A stretch of 64,000 bases of DNA. It comes from Macrostomum lignano. Its lineage: Eukaryota. The stretch's first letter is position 1, and the number at the start of each line of letters is the position of its first letter. The position numbers were made by a program, and so were the translations under genes. The stretch is from contig NIVC01000362.1 in assembly GCA_002269645.1 (NCBI GenBank), positions 248,001 through 312,000 on the forward strand, in the 5' to 3' direction. Of the stretch, positions 13,430 through 26,203 are shown in pieces. The notes under the pieces were generated by a model that searched no databases, was not told the DNA's origin, and saw nothing but the letters and a program-made list of their open reading frames with translations.

Positions 13430-13645
13430 GACTGACTAACTAACTAACTAACTAATTAACTAACTAACTGACTAACTAAATAACTAACTACTAACTAGCT
13501 AACTAACTAATTAACTAACTAACTAACTGACTAACTAAATAACTAACTAACTAACTAAATAACTAACTAACTAACTAACTAAATAACTAACTGACTAACT
13601 AACTAGCTAACTAACTAACTAACTGGATAACTAAATAACTAACTG

Positions 13646-13684
<39 letters not shown>

Positions 13685-13695
13685 GACTAACTAAA

Positions 13696-13760
<65 letters not shown>

Positions 13761-13825
13761 GACTAACTAACTGACTAACTAAATAACTAACTGACTAACT
13801 AACTAACTAACTAAATAACTAACTG

Positions 13826-13878
<53 letters not shown>

Positions 13879-13901
13879 ATAAAAAACTAACTAACTAACT
13901 G

Positions 13902-13936
<35 letters not shown>

Positions 13937-14017
13937 GACTAACTAACTGACTAACTAAATAACTAACTAAGTAAGTAACTAATTAAATAACTAACTGACT
14001 AACTGACTAAATAACTG

Positions 14018-14106
<89 letters not shown>

Positions 14107-14120
14107 TTAACTAACTAACT
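12920..14120. repeat. Compound tetranucleotide microsatellite (GACT)n changing to (AACT)n, about 1.2 kb
   Basis: Directly visible; the switch occurs near 13100. Confidence 0.97.
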
Positions 14121-15359
14121 TGACTCGCTCGCTCACTAAAAATCAGAAACTGTCAGGTCTCACAGTTGAAAGAGGCCTCGTCAATTTTTTATTCGCAAGT
14201 AAATTTTTTTGGTATAAAAGCCCCCTCATGGTAGCTAAGACTTTACGGCTGTTTTCTGTTTGATATACAGTCATGGACTGGCTGTCATGGACTTTTAAAC
14301 TGACCAGATTTACCAAAGCGGTCGAAAAGTTGAACCCAAAGGGTTTCAACGATTTTTCAACTAGTTAAACAAAAAAATAATAAATTTACAAATTTACAAG
14401 CAGCGTGAACTAAGCTACCAATCCAGATGATTAAGCTTTAGATGACCGTGGCTCTAGGGATACACAGAACAGAAGGCTTAGAAAGACAGGCAGACAGAGA
14501 GGAAAAAACTGTAGATTGCGATTTGAGACGAGAACAGCGAAGCAGTAGAGGGGTGGAAAAAAGAAAGAAGTACCAGGCACCGCTCGCCTGAATACGCGGA
14601 CGAACAGGCCAGCCAGGGGATGGGTTGGGATCGGGAAGAGGGAGAGTTAGGCCAAAAAAGCGCCAGGCGCGTGGAAAAAACCAGGCCGCCCAGGGAAAGG
14701 AAAAAAGTGAAGCAAGAAGAGCAGGAGAAGGAGGGAGAGAGGGAGGGGAGCTGCTGCTGCGCCTGAGTAGGTGAGAATCGTGCCAGTCGAGAGGGGAAAG
14801 TGGCAGGACGAAGCCAGTGAGGTTTGGAGTTAGAGAGAGAAATAGATAGAAGTAAGGGCGGTGCAGCCTGTAGCCAGCTGAGCTCTCACAGGCCCGAGGG
14901 GAGAACTGGGAACGAACAAGAGGGGATCCAAAACTCCCCAACATGGCATACACAGGCGCATACCAACCCTTGTACCAGCCAGATGCACTACTCTCTCTTC
15001 ATCATTTACTCAACCATGTAAGGCTGTTGGGTTAAAAAACTCAACCTTAAGCTGTAAACAGCACCACTTTTCCTACAGACCCTATTTACAACAAAAATCT
15101 GCGCAGTGGCTAGGCTACTCAGCACATTTTGCTTTCTGTATGTACGCAACACAACCGGATAGAATTTTTAATCATACCACTTACATCTACTAACAGTAGA
15201 CAACGATAGGAATATTTCATAATTTTATTTATTTTGTGCTTGTAATAACACGAGGATAATAACCACTTAGCCATGAACACAATATTTGTTTTACTTGTCT
15301 GATGGACTCTGATGGTTCACTAAATTTAGCAGGGGCAGCTAAAATATTCTATATATGAA

Positions 15360-15715
15360 AGCTGTGGGATCTTGATCCCTATGACTGCTGTCTATGACAG
15401 CTGTGGGATCTTGATCCCTATGACTGCTGTCTATGACAGCTGTGGGATCTTGATCCCTATGACTGCTGTCTATGACAGCTGTGGGATCTTGATCCCTATG
15501 ACTGCTGTCTATGACAGCTGTGGGATCTTGATCCCTATGACTGCTGTCTATGACAGCTGTGGGATCTTGATCCCTATGACTGCTGTCTATGACAGCTGTG
15601 GGATCTTGATCCCTATGACTGCTTTGGGATCTTGATCCCTACGACTGCTTTGGGATCTTGATCCCTATGACTGTTGTGGGATCTTGATCCTATAAAATGG
15701 TTGTGGGATCTAGAT
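15360..15715. repeat. 39 bp minisatellite (GCTGTGGGATCTTGATCCCTATGACTGCTGTCTATGACA)
   Basis: About 6.5 perfect copies, then shortened variants; each unit has a GGGATC-TT-GATCCC mini-hairpin. Confidence 0.95.
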
Positions 15716-15765
15716 TCCTACAGCTTAAGCGTACAATATAGCTCAATAAATAATTCATAACTCAC

Positions 15766-16209
15766 AGACGAAGACTCGGTTCTAGGAAAGGTGAAAGAGA
15801 CGCCGCGAAAGCTGAGCACATCGGCGTCGCGTTCGGGATCGTGCACCGCGGGGTGGGTAGCGCCGAAGCACTGCTGAATGGTGGTGACGGTTGGCGCCAC
15901 ACCCGGGGGACTGTTAAAACTCTGATTGCAATAGGACAGCCGCAGTTTAGTTAAATCGAACACTTCAATAGACTTCAATCGCTGATAAGTGGCATCGAAG
16001 ATTAGCTTGACGCCGTCCTGAGTAAGCGACAGGACAATGTCCATTAGCAGCGGCAGACGGTCGCTGTACCACAGCTGCACAGATCTGACATCCGAATCAG
16101 CTTGGCGGAGTATGTTGATGGCTTGGTGCAGCGGCATGCCCAAGATTAACTCCCAGTTCTGCTTGGGACAGAACAATCCTCGTTCTGGTTGTACTTCTAA
16201 ATCTAGCAT
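15766..16209 (-). CDS. PHAF1: PHAF1 coding exon 1
   Basis: ATG at 16209 gives MLDLEVQPERGL...WELILGMPLHQAINIL...LTQDGVKLIFDATYQRLKSIEVFDL...FGATHP, matching the C16orf70 N-terminus. Donor TCT|gtgagt at 15766/15765. The spliced product is 148+132+164 = 444 aa. A strong acceptor (ttttcatgcattag) at 16253 lies upstream of the ATG. Confidence 0.92.
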
Positions 16210-18796
16210 GACTTCGATATTATAATGATTCTTATTTTTATCATATGTTGTACTAATGCATGAAAATAATTGAAAAAGTATAAAAATATAGTCTTCATTG
16301 AAGAAAACACCAATAGTTGTTTCTATGTAAGATAGCATTTTGTTGATACTTTCTTACTTTCCTATAAATTGGCATTTTTTAAAACCACCTTTTGGAGAAA
16401 AAAATGATAATCAGCCTCAAGGCTAGTATTAACTTCCATGTTAATTACTTAGAGTAGTAGTAGATAGTAGCATCAGAGTAAACCCTAAAGATTGGGAGAA
16501 TAAACTGTTTAGAATGAGACATCTACTAGATCTAGAATCAAAGAAATTGTCTTAAGGGCAGAAAAACTATCAAAGGGTAAGAACATCTATGAGACTTAGG
16601 ATCTAAGAACTTGGAATAAAGAAAAAATCTACCAAGGTATAAGCCCTGACCCTCTGATCCTGGTAATGCCAGACTGAGAGAAAAGCTCAATAGGAGAGAG
16701 GCAATACATAAAGTAACAAAAGTAATATAGTTCCAGAAGACTGCTTAGAACAAGAACAATAATGCATAGTATGCAGCCAACTTTACATAATACACTACCA
16801 AGTTACATAATATGCTACTATTTTTAAGAATCCATCAAGACATTACATCAGAAGATAATCCCTAGTACAACATAGGACAATAATATTAAATCATATATAA
16901 AACAATGAGCTATTGGCAAAATATTAGATGGATAAGTTATATGATATATACCTAAGTGTGATGCATATCTAGACTAGGTAGCAAAGGCACAAAGTGAGTT
17001 TTAACATCTAATAGCCAGTCACACAATAGTTAATAACATCCCTTCTAGTATATAAGGGATAGTGATACCATATTGGTAGTGATACCAGGTTTATATACTT
17101 TTTTGAGAAATTTCCTTAAAAACTTAACTAGCACTTTCAATGTTAGATCCTTGTATTAAATTAGCAATGTTTATAGTATCATCAAAAATCAAATTTAAAC
17201 AATATGTAAATAGATCACTATTGTACAATGCCAAGACCTAGACCCTGATGGAAACCTTAGAGATAGCTAGATGCTACAAATGTAACCATGCTGTGTAGCA
17301 TTTAGAATACAAAGCAGCCTATACAGCAAGACTAATGCCATGCTCTAAACAAAGGCATGCCTAATGCAGCTTTCTGACCTACTATATAGGCAATGACAGC
17401 AATGCTGGCTGTCAAGATTTGCTACAAATGATCAACTTTGGTTGATTGCACACAGTGGGATAGAAGTGTAGGAATAAGTGTGCATGCAATCTACTAATTA
17501 TCTACAATCCCAAGGGCCTCTGCAAAGATCTGCAATATTTTTACTATGTTTGCAATTATTCTCAACTTTATAAGAACTATAGCAGTCTTTGATACATTCC
17601 ATTTGATAGAATTAATTGAGACCCATGTGAATGTATATACATATATAGTTGCAAAATACATAAATATGCAAGATTCATAAGGCACAGTTGCATATAGGTT
17701 AGAATTGGAGTTGAGTATACATGGCCAATGATTTATTTACATAGAAAATTTATATCAGAACATTATATTTTACCTCTAGTGTATAAATATATATATAATA
17801 CAAGTAATAGTAATAAAGAAATTGAACGGTAATTTGATCATTTTAAATAAAATAGAATAATTATTTAAATAATATAACATCAATATATAGGCCTAAATAA
17901 CAATTATTATAAGCAACAAATAATTACACTGTTGTATTAGATATACATCATTCATATAAAGGAAATTTTGGTCACTTTGTCAATAAGCAAATTGGGATGA
18001 ATTAGTCATTGGTCATAATGTCAACTATCAGTAAAGTTGCCCTAACACTTTGGTCACTTTGTCAATAAATTTGACCAAATGCCAGTGCAATTGATAAAAT
18101 GATTATCACCTGTTTCTTGTCCTTTTTTCTGATTGTCCTTGATTGATATCTAGATAATCTAGACTATATTTAAAACATTGGCATCTAATCTAATAGGCTT
18201 TTTTATTTGATTTTATTTTATAGCAGATTATTGGTTTTTTATCAAGATGCAATTGAAAAAAATTCAAAATCTAGAATTTTGATTGCAAGTTAAGATCTTG
18301 TCTAACCTCTAATCAAAAAGTTGAATAGGCCTAATAGAAAACCTTATTGGATTGGAATAAGTGTAAAAACCTGTGGATACACAAAACAGGGTCTAAAATT
18401 ATAGCTCAAGAATGCAATGCAACTTTGAACATATTCTACAAGTATAGTTTGGATTGTACATTAGTGTATGCTAGGTTTATTGCCAGAAAAACATAACAAG
18501 ACCTTGTTTGCACGCTGGGTTTATGTGCTAATACAAAAAATTGCTATTTGAATATTTGACAATGTATTTGCTGTGTTGTCTATGCTGGGATATACTTTAA
18601 TATTTACTAAAAAATGGTAGTAAGATCCTTGTTGTATGAAAAGAATTCTCAATATATATATTGCCTTATAAAATATGAAACATATTAACTTTTGCACTAT
18701 ATAATAAATATAGATATGAGCCTAATTAGAATTAGATGAATTAGATAATTAGATGATGAAACATTTATCCTTAATACAATAATTATAGTTACCACC

Positions 18797-19160
18797 ATAT
18801 ATGCCCAATACCCGTCTGACCTATCTAAATTAGATAGGTGAAATGGCTGCTAGGCTAGCCAAAGTAAGGTACAAAATTAAAAATGTAAAAAATGAAAAAT
18901 TAGAAAAAGAAATGAAAAGAAAAGAAAAGGAAAAGAAAGGAGGGAGAAGAGAAAAAGGGGAAAGAGGAGAAAGAGAGAAAGAGAAACAGGAGTTGGAAAA
19001 AAGAGAAAAAGGTAAGATTAAGAAAAGTCATACAAAGTGAAAATTAAGTCCCAATTAAACTAAGTCGTAATTGAAAGGAACAAAGTTACATTGGGAGAAA
19101 CTTAGTCGCAATTGGGAGGAACTAAGTTGCAAATCTGGATAAAACTAAGTTGCACCATAG
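18797..19160 (+). repeat. Dispersed repeat; an inverted copy (with internal ~170 bp tandem duplication) lies at about 21990-22490
   Basis: ATGCCCAATACCC...GATAGGT..., a purine tract and AACTAAGTTGCA subrepeats match the reverse complement of 21990-22330. Confidence 0.7.
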
Positions 19161-19272
19161 GGGTAAAATTTTGAGATTGGGCATGTATGGTTACCATAGT
19201 CCAGATCATGTAGTATATGCCCAAAAATTTGGACATGCATTGGCGGCGTTGGCCTTGCATGATTTTCTCATA

Positions 19273-20010
19273 GGCAGTGCTTATCCCCATGGTACCATAG
19301 GAATAATTTCTGTCTTATTCCAATGGTACCGTGGGAATAATTTTCTGCTTATCCGCATGGCACACTGGGCCTTTTTATATTACCAATTCCAGAACCAGAA
19401 TCGGTTTGGAATTCCAAGAAAAATAGGAGTATAATAAACTATTAAACTCTGTTTATATTTGACTGCCTTAACAACCTAACTTAGCACAATTTTTCACTTT
19501 CTACTTGGCAATTGTCATTCAATAATAAAAACTTTATAGCACGTATCTCCCTCTAGTTATAGAGACAAAAAGTTATACTTCACAAATTGGTTCTGGTTCT
19601 GGAACCAGAGCAAGCAATATGAAAAAGCCCACTGACGAGATAGCTGCCATATCTTCTACATATATGCTGTACGTGAATAGTTTATAGCTTGAAAAGGAAT
19701 TTGAATTGAGGATACTAAGATTAAGAAGCTGTTGATCTGGATCAACACCACAACTAGTGTTTTTTGCATAAAAAGGCCATTAAATCTTTACTTCTATTAA
19801 ACAAATTGTCAAGCAAAGTTATATCGTTAGGCCTATATTGCACTTAAACTGTAAGTACTAAACTAAATTATTTCCATAGCATATGTAGATGGGCCAGCTA
19901 TCTCGTCAGTGTGCCGTGCGGATAAGCAGAAAATTATTCCCACAGTACCGTTGGAATAAGACAGAAATTATTCCTATTAAATCCTATGGTACCGTGGGGA
20001 TAAGCACTGC
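19273..20010. mobile_element. Mutator-like MITE (738 bp)
   Basis: About 95 bp TIRs starting GGCAGTGCTTATCCC. Exact 9 bp TSD TTTCTCATA at 19264-19272 and 20011-20019. A 9 bp TSD with a G-starting TIR is typical of MULEs. Confidence 0.85.
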
Positions 20011-20569
20011 CTTTCTCATATGCCTAATATAAAGCCAGGTCCTTCAATTGGTTACAATATTAGGCCTAGGGAAAGGGATTTGCAATACCATGCATAGAAA
20101 AATGACAATATTTAAAAATGTAAAGTGGCCTCCATGCACCACCACATTCTCGATGCAGGATGTCCAATTGAACAACACACTTATTTGATTAAACCTTATA
20201 AACTAAACTTTCAGAAGCATTTTAAGAAAGCCTTTACATATGTAATTTGCTTTAACTTGTCTCTTTAGCTATAAAAAGATGTTTTGCCAAATTTTCTTTC
20301 GCCCAATTTTTCCGTGTTAAATTTCTGTCGCCGAATTTGTTTGTCGCCAAATTCGCATGCATCCCAATTGTATAGACCCCCTTGGCCTTAATATTCGTAA
20401 GTCTATTTCTATATTTTAGACTTGTTCTAATAGGGGTTAGCATTAGCATTTAGCGAAGCTTCTAATATGTATCAAACAAACTTATTAGCTTTGATTTCAT
20501 TTAGGTCGTATTCTTAGCAATAGCAAGAAGTCTAGGTAAATAAGACTAATGCGAAATTACTATTAGGAA

Positions 20570-20910
20570 TCCGCGCTTCATGTTCGCATCTTCTTCACAA
20601 AGCTGTTTCCAAGAAAATTTATGGATAATAAAAAACGCGAAAAATCGAAATCGGAAATCTTTTTTAAATCGAACCACAACAAATTGCTATTAAACAAGTT
20701 TTAATAGAATATTGCACTTAAAAAATGTAGCCATACTACATTTATAACTGTACGCAAGTTATTTTTAAGAGTATCTTTATTAATTAATCGCTAAGTAAGC
20801 GAAGTTTTAAGGCGTACGTACCACACGTCTATTAACTTTCCCTCGCCGGTGGCTCCGTTTTCAGCTTTTGTATTTTTAACGTTTCCAGTTCCCCATGTGC
20901 GCTCGCTAAA
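20570..20910. promoter_or_regulatory. CpG-retaining island, candidate bidirectional promoter of PHAF1 and RPS4
   Basis: CpGs are dense here but nearly absent from the flanking 16.4-18.8 kb and 21.2-24.2 kb. Both genes point away from it and both have splice acceptors just upstream of their ATG. The promoter role is inference. Confidence 0.45.
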
Positions 20911-20977
20911 AAGTTAAAAGGTGATCAAAATATTATGGGTTTCGATAGAGTTTGTCTAGTCATGCTGGTCCTATTAC

Positions 20978-21173
20978 CAGGCGCCGCGGAACAGGGGGGG
21001 GCAGCTGCCCCCCCCCTGACATTGAGTTGGGGGGGCATTGCCCCCCCCCTCAAATATCGTTCAACAGCATAATTTTGCTCAAATTTTTGGTCATTGTCCA
21101 AGACAGGGTCTGGGCTTGAGTTTCGGAAACTTGGTCCTGCCCCCCCTGGCAAAAACTTGTTCCGCGGCGCCTG
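20978..21173. mobile_element. hAT-type MITE (196 bp)
   Basis: TIR CAGGCGCCGCGGAACA / TGTTCCGCGGCGCCTG. Exact 8 bp TSD CCTATTAC at 20970-20977 and 21174-21181. Confidence 0.9.
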
Positions 21174-24100
21174 CCTATTACCAACCAAACAAATCTGCTT
21201 CTTTTCTTACATGGTAGGTAGTACAAAAACAAAAATAACTTCCAAATAGCCTGACTATAGGCCTATTAACTAGGGACTATTAAATAATGTAAACTAGGCC
21301 TACTTACTCACTTAGTCCTTGTTTAAAACTCTTAAAGATATGCCTAGGTAGCAAATTTATTGTTGATAGGGTAGGGAGTCTAATATGAGCTTTTTAATTT
21401 TTTAGTTGTCAAGTCAAAGTGGTCTCTTTGTTGCCATTTTTCAGACTTATTGCCACATTTTTACCACTTGACTTGTCTTTAAATATTGTCTATTAAAAAA
21501 GTAAAAAAGCAATATACAATATTTAAATCATTTAAATTTTTATTTGTTTCAATTTCTTTACGACTTTAAAAATTCAAAACCTATGGCTATTGAAATAAGT
21601 GTAGAAAACTTGTGGATAGGCCTACACAACATGGGGTCTAAAATTGTGAATTGTAGGCTGTAGCTCAAAAATGTGATATAGCACAGAACATGTTAACTTT
21701 AGCATTAAATATAAGCATAGTACTAATAAATAATTAGGCATTTAGCCTTAATAAGATAGTCATAATTAGGCCTACTCCTATCATTTGCCTAAAATGGCAC
21801 TGTCACAATGGTGCAACAGTAGGCCTACATTTGCTTTGACTCTAGCTTCAATGCAACACTAGAAAATTCCAAAATTGCAACAGATACCTAGGCCTAGTTG
21901 GACCCTTTTTGTCCACATAGCCTATTCTAAATTAATAAGGATTAAAACATGATTATAATTTATATGCTACTTCATATACGCCCAACCTCAAAATTTCACT
22001 TGTCTGATGCAGCTTAGTTCCTGATTGCAACTTAGTTCCTCTCAATTGCAACTTAGTTCTTCCCAATTGTGACTTCCAATTGCAATTTAATTTTTACTTT
22101 GTATATGAATTTTTTGGCTTTTTCTATTTCTCTCTTTCTCCTCTTTTTTCTCTCTTTTCTCCTTCCTTTCTTTTCCTTTTTTCTTCCTTTCCTTTCTTTT
22201 CCTTTTTTCTTCCTTTCCTTTCTTTCTTCCCCCAATTTTGGTTTTTCACATTTTTGATTTTGCAATTTACCTTGGCCGGCAGTCATTTTACCTATCTGGT
22301 TTGGATAGGTTGAATGGGTATTGGGCATGGGTATTGGGATCTTTTCTCCTTCCTTTCTTTTCCTTTTTTCTTCCTTTCCTTTCTTTCTTCTCCCAATTTT
22401 GGTTTTTCACATTTTTGATTTTGCAACTTACCTTGGCCGGCAGTCATTTTACCTATCTGGTTTGGATAGGTTGAATGGGTATTGGGCATGATTTCCCATT
22501 CTTAAGGTAGCATATACTATGCTTAAGTAGCATAGTGTATATGCTACTTAAGAAATCAAATCAATAGGCTTACCAAAACAAAGATATTTGTTAGGCCTAC
22601 ATTTTAAAATTTTGATCAAAATTATAATATATGTAGCTTCATTGGTGGTTAGGCCTATCATTATTACCTACCTAACAAAGTCTTTATAAATATGCATAGA
22701 TATATAGCAAACAAAGACAATAAAACTAAATAGATTTTTCAAAATTTTAGAAGCATGCTAGTTAAATAAAATACATATTGCCTTTATTAAAAAAAGTAAG
22801 TTTTGGAAAAAAATCTTATTGTTATAAGATTACATTATCATTTTGGTCATCATAAACTAAGATACCAAAAAGCAATCTAGGGTACCCAAAATCCTAGCGT
22901 CCACACAGGTAGATCTTTGGCCATCCTGGGTTTTGTTCAATGCCTCTGGCTCTAATGATAAGGCAAGCCAGCCAAGCTGGCTTAAGTGGTCTTCAAAGGA
23001 AAAAGGCGCAGGTACCAAAAATTACAGACACTAAATAAAAGCATCAAAACCCTTAATAATTAAAAGTATCCCTTTAAAAGTGAAAACATCCATCTTAAAA
23101 GTTCCAAGAATTTGAGATATAAAATAAAATATGGTAAATACAAATATTCTAAATATAGCATATTATAAATATCTAGACATCAATATAAACAAATTGAATT
23201 CAAATTGATTTAAATTAGTGCCAAAAATTTAACTCATTTTAGTGTCATTTATAATTGTATCAAGGGATTTAGCCACTATTTAAAAAAAGGTTGCCCTTAA
23301 AAATGTCTATTTTATGATTTAAGTTTTAGGTTGTGATTTTTTTACAAAAGTGCACAACTTTAGTTTGCTTTTTAAACATCTAAAACATTATACAATTTTA
23401 AATAAAACTGTTATTTTAGAATTTAGTTTTCAGCTTAGTTTTATTTAAATTTATTAATATCCTGAAGTCTCAATCAAATCTTGTATTATATTATTAAAAA
23501 ATTGCATATTGAAAACTCAAAAATTTTATATTGTTTGACCCTTATTAGACAAAGTAATGAAAATTTATATTTTGATGCTTGAGTCTTAAATTCCAAAGAC
23601 AAAGAGTTCATTTCATTTTTAATTTAGCACTATCCATTTATTTTTATTGCCTTATCCTCATCAAATCAATAGGGCCTAGCTCCAATGCCATGGTCTTTCA
23701 AGTCTTTATTGAGTGGCATTACTAGATATAAAAAATATATGTTCCCATTCTATAACCACAGCCACATCTATAGCTATAGCAGAACCCTATATGTTAAAGT
23801 TATATTTATTAATTATTGCATTTGTGAGAATTTTCATTTAGAGATTTCAAAAATTATTTTTTCATAATTAGTCTCATATGTGACAAATGGTTTTGCCTAT
23901 TATATTATATATTGTCTTCTAATATATATTATATGTAGAAAATCTGTTTTGGTTATTTTGTTTATTTGTCTACCATGAAATTGTTCAAGCCTACAAGCTA
24001 TATATCAAGTTATGGCACTTAAAACTCTAAATTAAGAGTTTTTACTTTTAATAGTCAGTTTGCTTTTTGCTAGTTTATCTATGAAATAGCTAAATAAGTA

Positions 24101-24228
24101 TTTTGTCTACATATGTTATGGCTATTATGGCTAAGTAGTTAAACAACTGTTCCTAGTTGCACTGACAATTTTATAGTTGGCTTATCCTAATAAAAGTATA
24201 GTGTTTTTGTGTCTTGGGTAGTGTTCCA

Positions 24229-24516
24229 GTGGAGGGGTTATAGTCTAGTAGTTAAGTGTCGGACTCACAACTTGAAGATTGTGGATTCAATTCCCGATCC
24301 CACTGAAAAAATTGTGTCCTTGAGCAAGGCACTTAATTCTGTATTGCTTCAGTTCACCCAGCTGTAAAATGGGTGCCAGCATTAGCTGGGCTAGTTGAGG
24401 CTGTGGTGCCCCCCCCTCCCCTAGTCCTTAGACTGAACAGCCATATGCAGCCTTCAGATGTGCTGTGCAATAGCTGTTGCTGAGCTGTCGGTTGCAAATT
24501 TGCAAATCTCCCCATT
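24229..24516 (+). mobile_element. tRNA-derived SINE family 1, copy B (CpG-decayed)
   Basis: Colinear with copies A and C along its whole length. Confidence 0.85.
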
Positions 24517-24748
24517 ATGGCAGTTTTGTAATCTATTATAAATATTATTAGTATTGCATTTATTTGTGTACAAAATCGATGTACAATCATGTATATATAA
24601 TTAATAGGCATCTCAAATATCTTTGTACCAATGATGTTAATTGATACTCTGATCAAACAAGTAAATATATTATCTGGACTAGCTAGTTTGTTCTAAAATG
24701 AATGCGCTCCACTCACTACTAAACCTTCAGCTCCATCAGTAGCCAGTC

Positions 24749-24964
24749 ATGGGTGTACGCGGCCTGAAGAAGCACCTGAAGCGGGTGAACGCCCCCCGGC
24801 ACTGGATGCTGGACAAAATGTCCGGCTGCTTCGCCCCCAAGCCGGCCGCTGGGCCGCACAAAATGCGCGAATGCCTGCCGCTGTGCCTGTTCCTGCGCAA
24901 CCGGCTGAAGTACGCGCTCACTTACAAGGAGACCACCAAGATTCTGGCGCAGCGCTCTATTAAG
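24749..24964 (+). CDS. RPS4: 40S ribosomal protein S4 (eS4), exon 1
   Basis: [45 protein letters not shown]...RSIK; donor AAG|gtgagt. Confidence 0.97.
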
Positions 24965-25059
24965 GTGAGTCTCGTTTCTCGCTCGCTGTTTTCTTTTGGA
25001 AGAGGCAGAGATTGTAGTGATAAAAATAATATATCGAGATGGGATGAGAGGAGATAAAT

Positions 25060-25495
25060 GAGGAGATGGGTGAGATTGGAGGGCGGAAGGCGTGAGATTG
25101 GATGATGGAAAGGGTGAGATTGGAAGGCGGAAGGGGTGAGATTGGAGGGCGGAACTGGTGAGGTTGCTGGGCGGAACTGGTGAGGTTGCTGGGCGGAACT
25201 GGTGAGGTTGCTGGGCGGAACTGGTGAGGTTGCTGGGCGGAGCTGGTGAGATTAGAGGGTGGAAAGGGTAAGATTGGAGGGCGGGAACTGGTGAGATTGG
25301 AGGGTGGAAAGGATGAGATTGGAGGGCGGGAACTGGTGAGATTGGAGGGCGGGAACTGGTGAGATTGGAGCGTGGAAAGGGTGAGATTCGAGGGTGGAAA
25401 GGGTAAGCTTGGAGGGTGGAAGGGTGAGATTAGAGAGGACAAAAGGGATTATTTTAGAGAGTGGAACGGGTGAGATTAGAGGGCGGAAGGAATGA
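25060..25495. repeat. G-rich about 22 bp minisatellite (GGTGAGATTGGAGGGCGGAACT) in RPS4 intron 1
   Basis: Directly visible. Confidence 0.85.
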
Positions 25496-25690
25496 GACCG
25501 GGTTGTTAATAGATCATATTGGAGGTAAAAAAGTGTAGACCGAATAAAAGATAGAGATGACAAACATTAAAAAAAATTTGACACATGTCAAGTAAAGCCG
25601 TTTTGACACGTGTCAAAAGATGCATGAATTTGACTTCGGTGTCAGATCACGTTGGCTAAAAGATGCCCCCCGTCTTGGCGCCATGCTCAG

Positions 25691-25860
25691 GTGGACGCCC
25701 GCGTCCGCACGGACAAGCGATTCCCGGCCGGCTTCATGGACGTCATCAGCATCGAGCGGACTGGCGAGAACTACCGCCTGATCTACGATGTGAAGGGTCG
25801 CTTCGCCTTGCACGCGATCACCCCGGAGGAGGCCAAGTATAAGCTGTGCCGCGTGCGCAG
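25691..25860 (+). CDS. RPS4: RPS4 exon 2
   Basis: Acceptor ctcag|GTG; [21 protein letters not shown]...KYKLCRVR; donor AG|gtgagc (phase 2). Confidence 0.97.
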
Positions 25861-25889
25861 GTGAGCGGGGTGGGAGAGTTCGTTTAGCT

Positions 25890-26203
25890 TTGTCACACAA
25901 CCGGCGAGAGGCATTGCTGCCCATTCCGCCGACTCCCCTGAGCAGGCGCACAAGCGCGCGGATACGTACGCAGTCATACGCACAGGCACACACTCACACA
26001 GGAGTGTACAGCGGCCCTAACTTTATTTATCGTTAGGCATGTACACTTCCCTGTGCCTTGGGGTTGGGCCTCAAGGCCGTTAATTGCACAAGCAGAGCCA
26101 AGCTGAGATTCCAGTTTAGCCCCAAATTAATGCAACTGCACTTGGAATCGAGCCCGGGCCGCTGGTATATCAGAGCGCCGCGCTGGACCACTGGGCTATG
26201 CCC
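25890..26203 (-). mobile_element. tRNA-derived SINE family 2, copy 1 (RPS4 intron 2)
   Basis: The minus strand reads GGGCATAGCCCAGTGGTCCAGCGCGG...GGCTCGATTCC (A- and B-box-like). The body matches 39987-40200 and 48070-48398. Confidence 0.8.

Noticed and set aside
14438-14953. 171-aa ORF and a weak 'GVLDPLLF' resemblance to a LINE RT motif in another frame
   Set aside because: Low-complexity pyrimidine-rich strand; no YADD or other RT motifs follow.
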